Below, one piece after another: positions 1 to 7,299 of a stretch of 64,000 bases of DNA. This DNA is from Armatimonadota bacterium (GTDB lineage Bacteria; Armatimonadota; UBA5829; DSUL01): NCBI GenBank assembly GCA_039811685.1, contig JBDHZC010000005.1, positions 72,057 through 136,056 of the forward strand, written 5' to 3'. The notes beneath the pieces are model-generated. The model made no database searches, had not been told where the DNA came from, and saw only the letters and a program-made list of their open reading frames with translations. Within the stretch, counting starts at the first letter, position 1; every line of letters begins with the position of its first letter. The position numbers and the translations under genes are program-made.

Positions 1-111
1 GATGCCTTGAGTGGGTTCTTTACGCCGACGGGTCAGTCCGGCTACTACCTCTACAAGAAGCAGTCGCCCAGCGACGTGCGGCTGGAAGGAAGAGAAGTTC
101 CGTACCCGTAG
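1..111 (+). CDS. Small peptide, 5'-truncated at window edge (…DALSGFFTPTGQSGYYLYKKQSPSDVRLEGREVPYP*); paralog of the peptide at 4820..4939
   Basis: Reading frame from position 1 to TAG at 109-111. It is 85-90% identical at nt and aa level to the 39-aa ORF at 4820..4939, which lies just downstream of an E element. The flanks are also duplicated. Confidence 0.35.
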   Translation, partial: DALSGFFTPTGQSGYYLYKKQSPSDVRLEGREVPYP

Positions 112-135
112 CGCCTATCGGCGAAAGAGGATGAA

Positions 136-1128
136 ATGTTTCGACAGTTGATCTGGTTTGTCACAGCAGCGCTCCCTTTGCTCGCACTTGTGCTCGCCGC
201 GGCCGCGTGCGGTGCAAGCGATATTCCGGTCGCTGTGCCCGCCCCCGGAGAGCCGCCTGTTCTGTTCGCTGCCGAGTCAGCAGGTGTGCTCTACACGGCA
301 ACTCTGGAGGCGGACAAGCGCGTTGCGGTCATCGCCGCCCTGCCGCTTGATCGAGTTGCGGAAAAACGGACTTACACAGTGCCGGTACCCGCTCTCGAAT
401 ACGAAAGTTTCCAGCGGCTCCGCTGGAGACTGGGCAGCGGATACGCGTGGCTGCTGCCAACGGTGCTGACGAATGGTGGCTTACGCCGCTACCCGATGTA
501 TCGCATTCCGCGCAGCGAACTCGACAAACTCCTCCACGGCAGTAACGAAGCCAGCGGAAGCGGCTTGAAAGACATGTGGTTTCCGCCGGGCTTTGCGCCA
601 CTCACACGCGCGGACGATGAATCCGGGGTGAAAGGGCAGCCGATCTACGGAGACTTCTACCCTATCTCTACATCAGCTATCCGGCAGTTCATTTTGCAGG
701 GCAGCGTACTGAGCGTCTGGGACTACATCGGAAACCCAGACGCCAAGCGGCCTGGGGGAAGTGACAGAGACCTCACTCCCGTGGCTGACCGAGAGCGGTA
801 CTTCAACTGGGTCCGCGTGGTGAAGCTGAAGGCGCCTTTTACGGAGTCCTTCCACGCGTTTCCTCAGAAGGGCGGGTTCCTGCTGGTTACGGACTCCGGC
901 GCGCTCTACTCCATCACGGGCATCAGCACCGGTACTCCAGCGATACGCAGGGTGGATCTGGGCGACGAGCAGATCAGGGTTATCGTGCAGACGGAGGGTG
1001 GATCGGCCATTGCGGCGACGCAGACGAAGCGCCTCGATCTGTCCTCGGCGCCGAAGCTGTCGCCGCTTTCGCATCCGCACAGCTCACCGACGGCTGCGGC
1101 CCTTGAGCTGGCCAAAGCGCTGAAGTAG
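136..1128 (+). CDS. Secreted protein/putative lipoprotein, P-family paralog (330 aa)
   Basis: ATG with upstream GAGGA. N-terminal hydrophobic signal with LAAAAC lipobox-like motif. Near-identical copy at 4964..5956. C-terminus …LELAKALK is shared with 3400..4482 and 7300..8325. Confidence 0.6.
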   Translation: MFRQLIWFVTAALPLLALVLAAAACGASDIPVAVPAPGEPPVLFAAESAGVLYTATLEADKRVAVIAALPLDRVAEKRTYTVPVPALEYESFQRLRWRLGSGYAWLLPTVLTNGGLRRYPMYRIPRSELDKLLHGSNEASGSGLKDMWFPPGFAPLTRADDESGVKGQPIYGDFYPISTSAIRQFILQGSVLSVWDYIGNPDAKRPGGSDRDLTPVADRERYFNWVRVVKLKAPFTESFHAFPQKGGFLLVTDSGALYSITGISTGTPAIRRVDLGDEQIRVIVQTEGGSAIAATQTKRLDLSSAPKLSPLSHPHSSPTAAALELAKALK

Positions 1129-1181
1129 TAGCGGGGTCGGCCGCGCTCAGTGAAGGAAGTCAGCCATCGCGGAGTCAAAGA

Positions 1182-1358
1182 ATGGAGAAACAAGTAGCTC
1201 AGGCGCAGCAAACCGTTCTGACTCTTGAAGCTGCGACAGCTACCTGCGCCGATTGGAAGCAGTGGTGGGCCGAGAACCAGAGCCAGTTTCAGTCCGGCAC
1301 CAGGAGCAAAGCTGAAGCTGCGGCCTTCGAACCAGCCGAACCCGCAACGGAGCAGTAG
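1182..1358 (+). CDS. W-module small protein (58 aa, MEKQVAQAQQTVLTLEAATATCADWKQWWAENQSQF…)
   Basis: ATG 1182 preceded by a conserved GAAGGAAG-containing leader. Homologous to the ORF at 8379..8555 and to the C-terminal ~50 aa of the HEAT protein at 6209..7165. Ends at the TAG that begins E copy 1. Confidence 0.45.
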   Translation: MEKQVAQAQQTVLTLEAATATCADWKQWWAENQSQFQSGTRSKAEAAAFEPAEPATEQ

Positions 1359-1461
1359 CGGAGGAACAGCGCTTCATCCGCGCAGGTGTCCTCACCTGCG
1401 CATAGAATTGGCGAATCTTTCACCCACTGGCTCCAGGTGGGGACATCTGGAGAGATGTAAA
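1356..1461 (+). repeat. E element copy 1 (~105 nt structured repeat: 5' arm agcggaggaacagcgcttcatcc, hairpin 1, spacer, hairpin 2, GGAGAG-ATG-TAA)
   Basis: One of six near-identical copies. Hairpin 1 is gcgcaggtg-tcct-cacctgcgc at 1380..1401. Hairpin 2 is ctccag-N10-ctggag at 1431..1452. ATG 1455-1457 is followed immediately by TAA. Confidence 0.8.
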
Positions 1462-1553
1462 TGGGGGCCCTTCTGCCAGACTGGGACGATGATGATCCCA
1501 ATCTGAACGGGGCGGAGAACGAGGACCTGGACCAGGTGACACGCGTCGAATGA
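1461..1553 (+). CDS. Acidic small peptide (30 aa, MGALLPDWDDDDPNLNGAENEDLDQVTRVE)
   Basis: Its ATG directly abuts the TAA of the E minimal uORF (ATGTAAATG). Its stop TGA 1551-1553 overlaps ATG 1550-1552 (ATGA). Coding status is uncertain. Confidence 0.3.
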   Translation: MGALLPDWDDDDPNLNGAENEDLDQVTRVE

Positions 1554-1561
1554 GGAGACCA

Positions 1562-3034
1562 ATGGTTTACAATGGAGTTATGGTCGTCGCCCGGCAGAAA
1601 GGCCCTGCCGGCCACTATGCAGCTGTCCTCGCGATAGCCGCATTCGTGTCCGCAGTGTGTGCTGCACAAGCGGCGTGCGAACTGCCAACTCACGGTTGGG
1701 AGTTCACAGTCGCAGCGGAGCACACGCCGGCTGTAGCGATCAGTAGAGACGGCTCGCGCATCGCCGTTTCCGACTGGGCGGCCATCTATCTACTTGACCG
1801 GCAGGGCAAGGTGCTGTGGACCGCGAAGGCGCCACCGAAGAGTGGCTTCGGAGTGACCGCCATCTCTGACACCGGCCATCGTGTGCTGTGCTGGAAGATT
1901 CGGCGCCTCCCAAGTGTGGACAACGAGGATATCGACTACAACGCGGTGCTCTTCAACGGCGCCAACGGGCAGGTGCTGACCGAGATCGAGCTGGACGGGG
2001 GCCGAGTGCCGACGGCGCTGTCTGGCGATGGACGGTATATTCTGGCGGGCTATCCGCCGGACGGCCTGGGCCTGGAAATGGCAGCACAGCCTGATCCCGC
2101 CAACTACCTCATGCTCTTAGATGACACCGGCAAGACCGTCTGGCGCTCAGACAAGCTTGCCCAAAAGCCCGTTGTCGGAGCGGCTTACGGCTTTTTATCC
2201 CACACCGGTTCCTATGCGCTGCTCGGCGCAAAAGACCGCCTGAACCTTGTGACCATCGGCGGCTATCACCTTTTCGACATTGCACTGACGTCAGACCCTG
2301 CCGTTTCCGCCGACGCTGACTTGATCATGATGGGCGCCACACCCGTGTTGTCCACAGACGTTCAGAAGTATGAGACCGCATGGCCTGTTGTCGCGCCACA
2401 GGGTGAGCAAGAGCCGCAGACATGGGGCCATGAGTCCTTTGGCTTCAAGACGTACACTGCAGCCGCGGCGCTCGCCTTGGTCCGCGTCGGGGATGTGGCC
2501 GAGGAGTCGCCTCCCCCGAACCGGCGGCATCCCTTTGCGGAGCTGGTGTGGGCGCATGGCGAGATCTGGGCGGGAAACCGGGAACGAGTGCTGGATGCGC
2601 CGAAGCTTCCGCCCATTCCCGCCGGTAATCCTGGACGGCGCGGGGTTGCCTACGGATCGGCTGGGCTGCTGGCAATTGTCGACCACACGCTGTTGGCGGC
2701 AGAGCTTGGGCAGGAGCACGCGGTGAAGTTGCTACGCCTGCCAGGGCTGGGGATTGTGAAAAGGGTCGGCGTGTCCAGCAACGCTTCCCGCGCCTACACT
2801 CTCGTCGCCGTCCCCGCTGGGTCCGATCTAGTGGGACGCGGCCCCAGCACGGGTTCGGCGGCTTCCGCTCTTGTCTGCACCGTCTGGGACAGGTCTGCCA
2901 AACCTGTTGCAACAATGCCTCTTTCAGAGCAGGAGAGGCCCTTCGCGATAGCCTTCTCCCACGCAGGCGATCTCCTGATCCTAGCGTGGAAGGGTAAGGT
3001 GCAGGCGTTCGAGATCGGAGGCGTCGCCAGGTAA
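1562..3034 (+). CDS. Secreted beta-propeller-like (PQQ/WD40-like repeat) protein
   Basis: 494-aa ORF; ATG 1562 preceded by GAGGAG at good spacing (alternative ATG 1550). Hydrophobic N-terminus and repeated …DG..IAVSD/…LLD.QGKVLW-like strands. It occupies the same position as the P-family genes between E copies 1 and 2. Confidence 0.5.
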   Translation: MVYNGVMVVARQKGPAGHYAAVLAIAAFVSAVCAAQAACELPTHGWEFTVAAEHTPAVAISRDGSRIAVSDWAAIYLLDRQGKVLWTAKAPPKSGFGVTAISDTGHRVLCWKIRRLPSVDNEDIDYNAVLFNGANGQVLTEIELDGGRVPTALSGDGRYILAGYPPDGLGLEMAAQPDPANYLMLLDDTGKTVWRSDKLAQKPVVGAAYGFLSHTGSYALLGAKDRLNLVTIGGYHLFDIALTSDPAVSADADLIMMGATPVLSTDVQKYETAWPVVAPQGEQEPQTWGHESFGFKTYTAAAALALVRVGDVAEESPPPNRRHPFAELVWAHGEIWAGNRERVLDAPKLPPIPAGNPGRRGVAYGSAGLLAIVDHTLLAAELGQEHAVKLLRLPGLGIVKRVGVSSNASRAYTLVAVPAGSDLVGRGPSTGSAASALVCTVWDRSAKPVATMPLSEQERPFAIAFSHAGDLLILAWKGKVQAFEIGGVAR

Positions 3035-3237
3035 CCCGGGTCGAGAACCCAATGCAGTTGACTTACTACGCCGACTGGAACTCAGAGACCGTAGCGATGG
3101 CCGGACTGCTTGCCGGAGGGGACGGCCAGTGCGGCTCCGCCTCAGGCGCAGCACGACGGCCTGGAGGGCCCGGCCTAGCAGCAGATGGTCGCCTGTCTCA
3201 CGGATATGAAGACCGCGCTGGGGTGTCCCCAGGCTAT

Positions 3238-3328
3238 GCTTCATCCGCGCAGGTGTCCTCACCTGCGCATAGAATTGGCGAGTCCTTCGCCCACTGGCTC
3301 CAGATGGGGACACCTGGAGAGATGTAAA
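3238..3328 (+). repeat. E element copy 2 (5' arm degenerate)
   Basis: gcttcatccgcgcaggtgtcctcacctgcgcatagaattggcgagtccttcgcccactggctccagatggggacacctggagagatgtaaa, with ATG 3322-3324 and TAA 3325-3327. The upstream 200 nt look like a decayed W-module. Confidence 0.75.
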
Positions 3329-3399
3329 GCTCGACCTGATATCGAGTGACGTAGCCGGCAGGGAAGCCTCGTATCCATAGCGTTAGAAGGAGTCACTAG

Positions 3400-4482
3400 A
3401 TGAAGATCACCGCTGTTGCCAAAGCTCTTCTTGTCTGTTGGTTGGCGGTCGACGCCGTCAGCCCTGCCGTCGCCGAGAGCTATCTATTCAGTGAAGAGAC
3501 GAAGCACCCCCTGATCGTCCAGCGCCCGCTGACAGGCATACTGGTTGATGAGACTATGTACACTCTCTCGATCGCGCCAGAGTCGGGCTATGCGCCTGTA
3601 CTGACGGAGACGCCGATGACCGCGCTTGCCGCGCCTGTCAGCTACGCTCTCACCGCAGTAGCCGACGCCAGACGCCCGGCCTTTCCTGTTCACTGGTCGC
3701 TGCGTGGAGGTTTTGTTTGGACGTTGACTGAGTCCGATACGCCGCTGAGTGGCATAGTGCCGTTTTACTTCAGTCTTCAGCGGACTGCGCTGACTGGCCT
3801 GGAGCCGTGTGCCGCAGCCACCACGCATGTGGTCAAGCCCGGTACTGTTGCCGATGTGTGGCACGCTCATCTGGCTAAGTGGGAGCGTGTCGCTTTCACT
3901 GAGCCCGAGACGCTGAACGACGCGACGCGGGCCGCCCGGCCTCCCGAGGTACCCTATCCTCTTGCCGCTATCGTGGTGACGGGACCGGTGACCGTCCAGC
4001 TTTTCCAGTTGACCGCCCCACATATGATGGGATGGGAGTACCGTGGGCCGGAGAAGCCTCGGCGGTGGAAAGCCGCGTTTGGGCCGGGGATGGCGCCGAT
4101 CTCTCCCGAGAGTCAGCGGGGCGTGCCTCTCAAGGAGCGTACTCACTCCGGCGACTGGTGGCGCATAGGGATGTTCGACGTTCCCTTCAGCGAGGCCTAG
4201 GAAGTGGCCAAGGTCGAAGGTACCTACTACGCCGTGACACAGAGCGGAGAGGTTTTCTCTCTGGGCGACCTTACCGGGAAAGTAAAGAAGATCGACATAG
4301 GAGGCAGACGTGTGACGGCGATTCTGACGCTGGAGGAGAGCGGAAAGGTGTATCTTTGTTCGCATGAGGACTACGCGCCGCTGTCGGATTCGCCTGGATT
4401 CAAATCCATTCCTGGAGGACACCCAGACGTCACCAGATCGGCAACGCAGTGCCTGCTGGACCTGGCGAAGGCGTTGAACTAG
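3400..4482 (+). pseudogene. P-family paralog interrupted by a single in-frame TAG (3400..4200 plus 4204..4482 in the same frame)
   Basis: Signal peptide at N-terminus. The last ~90 aa (…GGRRVTAILTLEESGKVYLCSHEDYAPLSDSPGFKSIPGGHPDVTRSATQCLLDLAKALN) are near-identical to the C-terminus of 7300..8325. TAG at 4198-4200 is in frame and flanked by homologous sequence on both sides. Confidence 0.5.
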
Positions 4483-4538
4483 CGCAGGGACTGCCATCCG
4501 CACGCAGTGAAGGAAGGCAGCCATCGCGGAGTCAAAGA

Positions 4539-4716
4539 ATCGAGAAATGAGCGGCTCAGGCGCAGTAAAGCGATCTGAATCTGAAGGCCGCGGAAGCTGC
4601 CAGGTCCGATTGGGAGCAGTGGCGGGCAGAGGACCAGAGCCAGTTTCAGTCCGGCACCAAGATCAAAGCTGAGGCTGGCGCACCCTCGATGTCGCCCGGC
4701 CCCGCGGCTCAGCCGT
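4539..4716 (+). pseudogene. W-module small ORF, degenerate copy (start ATG to ATC, internal TAA)
   Basis: Aligns to 1182..1358 and 8379..8555. Start codon mutated (aatCgagaa), stop within 'cagtaaagc', and a diverged middle. The 3' end …WEQWRAEDQSQFQSGTKIKAEAGAPSMSPGPAAQP* is retained. Confidence 0.5.
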
Positions 4717-4818
4717 AGCGGAGGAACAGCGCTTCATCCGTGCAGATGAGCGCATCTGCGCATAGAATTGGCGAATCTTTCACCCACTGGCTCCAGGTGG
4801 GGACACTTGGAGAGATGT
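4716..4818 (+). repeat. E element copy 3
   Basis: Hairpin 1 gtgcagatg-agcg-catctgcgc is a compensatory variant. Hairpin 2 is ctccag…cttggag. ATG 4815-4817 is followed by TGA, which overlaps the ATG of the next ORF (ATGTGATG). Confidence 0.8.
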
Positions 4819-4819
4819 G

Positions 4820-4939
4820 ATGCAAGACGATGCGTTGAGCGGGTTCTTTAGGCCGGCGGGTCAGTCCGGCTACTACCTCTACAAGAAGCAGTCGCCCAGC
4901 GATGTGCGGCTGCAAGATACTGAAGTTCCGTACCCGTAG
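4820..4939 (+). CDS. Small peptide (39 aa, MQDDALSGFFRPAGQSGYYLYKKQSPSDVRLQDTEVPYP)
   Basis: ATG overlaps the stop of the E minimal uORF. Conserved in the duplicate at window start (1..111), with mostly conservative changes. Confidence 0.4.
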   Translation: MQDDALSGFFRPAGQSGYYLYKKQSPSDVRLQDTEVPYP

Positions 4940-4963
4940 CGCCTATCGGCGAAAGAGGATGAA

Positions 4964-5956
4964 ATGTTTCGACAGTTGATCTGGTTTGTCACAGCAGCGC
5001 TCCCTTTGCTCGCACTTGTGCTCGCCGCGGCCGCGTGCGGTGCAAGCGATATTCCGGTCGCTGTGCCCGCCCCCGGAGAGCCGCCTGTTCTGTTCGCTGC
5101 CGAGTCAGCAGGTGTGCTCTACACGGCAACTCTGGAGGCGGACAAGCGCGTTGCGGTCATCGCCGCCCTGCCGCTTGATCGAGTTGCGGAAAAACGGACT
5201 TACACAGTGCCGGTACCCGCTCTCGAATACGAAAGTTTCCAGCGGCTCCGCTGGAGACTGGGCAGCGGATACGCGTGGCTGCTGCCAACGGTGCTGACGA
5301 ATGGTGGCTTACGCCGCTACCCGATGTATCGCATTCCGCGCAGCGAACTCGACAAACTCCTCCACGGCAGTAACGAAGCCAGCGGAAGCGGCTTGAAAGA
5401 CATGTGGTTTCCGCCGGGCTTTGCGCCACTCACACGCGCGGACGATGAATCCGGGGTGAAAGGGCAGCCGATCTACGGAGACTTCTACCCTATCTCTACA
5501 TCAGCTATCCGGCAGTTCATTTTGCAGGGCAGCGTACTGAGCGTCTGGGACTACCGCGGAAACCCAGACGCCAAGCGGCCTGCGGAAAGTGACAGAGACC
5601 TCACTCCCGTGGCTGACCGAGAGCATTACTTCGACTGGGTCCGCGTGGTGAAGCTGGAGGCGCCTTTCACGGAGTCCTTCCACGCGTTTCCTCAGAAGGG
5701 CGGGTTCCTGCTGGTTACGGACTCCGGCGCGCTCTACTCCGTCGCGGGCATCAGCACCGGCACTCCAGCGATACGCAGGGTGGATCTGGGCGACGAGCAG
5801 ATCAGAGTTATCGTGCAGACGGAGGGTGGATCGGCCATTGCGGCGACGCAGACGAAGCGCCTCGAGCTGTCCTCGGCGCCGAAGCTGTCGCCGCTTTCGC
5901 ATCCGCACAGCTCACCGACGGCTGCGGCCCTCGATCTGGCCAAAGCGCTGAAGTAG
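4964..5956 (+). CDS. Secreted protein/putative lipoprotein, P-family paralog (330 aa); recent duplicate of 136..1128
   Basis: About 97% aa identity to 136..1128. The upstream 140 nt are also duplicated. Followed directly by TAGTAG and E copy 4; the W-module ORF is absent here. Confidence 0.6.
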   Translation: MFRQLIWFVTAALPLLALVLAAAACGASDIPVAVPAPGEPPVLFAAESAGVLYTATLEADKRVAVIAALPLDRVAEKRTYTVPVPALEYESFQRLRWRLGSGYAWLLPTVLTNGGLRRYPMYRIPRSELDKLLHGSNEASGSGLKDMWFPPGFAPLTRADDESGVKGQPIYGDFYPISTSAIRQFILQGSVLSVWDYRGNPDAKRPAESDRDLTPVADREHYFDWVRVVKLEAPFTESFHAFPQKGGFLLVTDSGALYSVAGISTGTPAIRRVDLGDEQIRVIVQTEGGSAIAATQTKRLELSSAPKLSPLSHPHSSPTAAALDLAKALK

Positions 5957-6062
5957 TAGCGGGGGAACAGCGCTTCATCCGCGCAGATGAGCTCATCTGC
6001 GCAAAGCATTGGCGAGTCCTTCACCCACTGGCTCCAGGTGGGGACACCTGGAGAGATGTAAA
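5957..6062 (+). repeat. E element copy 4
   Basis: Hairpin 1 is gcgcagatg-agct-catctgcgc. ATG 6056-6058 and TAA 6059-6061. Confidence 0.8.
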
Positions 6063-6071
6063 GCGACGTTC

Positions 6072-6212
6072 GTGGCGGCAATCAACCAGGAGAGGATCGC
6101 GGGTGATAAGGATTACGAGGAGCAGGCCTACGGCGCGGAGGCCGTGTGCGAAATGGACCTGCTGGAGGAGACGTGCGCGTACGTCACGCCGCCATGTGAG
6201 GCGTGTCCATGA
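6072..6212 (+). CDS. Acidic 4-Cys small peptide A (…DKDYEEQAYGAEAVCEMDLLEETCAYVTPPCEACP); start codon uncertain (GTG 6072?)
   Basis: Open frame from the E element to TGA 6210-6212, which overlaps ATG 6209 of the HEAT gene (ATGA). Homologous to peptide B at 8660..8782 with pattern C-x8-C-x6/7-C-x2-C. Confidence 0.4.
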   Translation: MAAINQERIAGDKDYEEQAYGAEAVCEMDLLEETCAYVTPPCEACP

Positions 6213-7165
6213 CCATGGTATGCAGTCCTAGAACGGAGGTCGTTTTGAAACTCTTTATTGTGCTACTGCTTGCTGCTGCTCTTTGTGTTACGGCAATATC
6301 CGAGGGTGCGTCGGCCGAGCGCACGTGTGCCGCCACCAGGTATTACCGCTCCACGGTTTCTGAGTTGGTCGGGCTGCTTTCGAGTGGGCTGTCTATCGAC
6401 CGGTTCGACGCGGCTCTCGAACTCGGGCGGCGAGGCGATGTGTCAGTGATCCCTGCAATGAAGGCTGCGCTTGGCGATCCGGAGCGTTTCGTGCGGATGC
6501 GGATAGCTGCTGCGCTGCTGGATCTCGGCGATCGAAGCGGCGTGGAGGTACTTCACGAAGTTGTTACGTCGGGTGAGCCCTACTGGAGTCTGGCAGCGGC
6601 GGAGGTGCTTGCCCATCACGGTGACACCTTTGGCCGTGATCTCATCAGGAAGGCTCACTCTTCGAGCAGTTGGGTCGCTCGCTCCTCAGCCTTAAGGGCC
6701 TCGGCCGACCTTCCGGAGGGGCCGCCCTACGACGCCGTGGCTGCCGGACTGGAGGACTCGCAGCAGATTGTCCGCTTGACCGCCCTGAGGGCTGCTCAAA
6801 TGTGCCATGACCCCCGGGTGAAGGATCTGGTCCGCAAGGCGTTGTCTTCTTCCGATACGCTTCTGAGGGCGCGCGCGGCCATCATAATTGCGGAGGAGGG
6901 GCAGCCCGCAGACATTCCGGCTCTGATAGCGCTGTTGACAGCTCCGGATGGGGTTACCCGTTCTGCCGTTCTCAGAGCACTGCAGTCGCTGACGGGGCGT
7001 GCTTCTCCGTCGAAAACCGTTCTGACTCTTAAGGCTGCGACAGCTATCCGCGCTGAGTGGGAGCAGTGGTGGGCCGAGAACCAGAGCCAGTTCCCGCCTG
7101 GTACCAAGATCAAAGCTGAGGCTGGCGCACCCTCGGTGTCGCCCGGACCCGCGGCTCAGCCGTAG
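6209..7165 (+). CDS. Secreted HEAT-repeat (PBS-lyase/E-Z type) protein with C-terminal W-module
   Basis: Signal peptide (LKLFIVLLLAAALCV). Tandem repeats of the …LG(D)xxxxxxLxxxLxDxxxxVRxxAAxAL… type. The last ~50 aa (KTVLTLKAATAIRAEWEQWWAENQSQFPPGTKIKAEAGAPSVSPGPAAQP) match the free-standing W-module ORFs. GTG 6203 is an alternative start. Confidence 0.6.
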   Translation: MTMVCSPRTEVVLKLFIVLLLAAALCVTAISEGASAERTCAATRYYRSTVSELVGLLSSGLSIDRFDAALELGRRGDVSVIPAMKAALGDPERFVRMRIAAALLDLGDRSGVEVLHEVVTSGEPYWSLAAAEVLAHHGDTFGRDLIRKAHSSSSWVARSSALRASADLPEGPPYDAVAAGLEDSQQIVRLTALRAAQMCHDPRVKDLVRKALSSSDTLLRARAAIIIAEEGQPADIPALIALLTAPDGVTRSAVLRALQSLTGRASPSKTVLTLKAATAIRAEWEQWWAENQSQFPPGTKIKAEAGAPSVSPGPAAQP

Positions 7166-7267
7166 CGGAGGAACAGCGCTTCATCCGTGCAGAGGAGCGC
7201 ATCTGCGCATGGACTTGGCGAATCTTTCGCCCACTGGCTCCAGATGGGGACACCTGGAGAGATGTAA
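7163..7267 (+). repeat. E element copy 5
   Basis: Starts at the TAG of the HEAT gene. Hairpin 1 gtgcagagg-agcg-catctgcgc has one mismatch. ATG 7262-7264 and TAA 7265-7267. Confidence 0.8.
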
Positions 7268-7299
7268 GTCGCGAATACTGAGCGCAACTGAGATGCACA

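Noticed and set aside
1190-1200. tRNA-like 'gtagctcagg' strings at 1196 and 8391
   Set aside because: They lie inside the W-module ORF. No cloverleaf, T-loop (GTTCRANNC) or acceptor-stem complement is present.
1359-1460. E encoding a conserved ~33-aa peptide, or TAG-readthrough extension of upstream genes
   Set aside because: The frame is open in five of six copies, but substitutions between copies are mostly nonsynonymous and copy 6 has an in-frame TGA. The frame is preserved simply because the copies have no indels.
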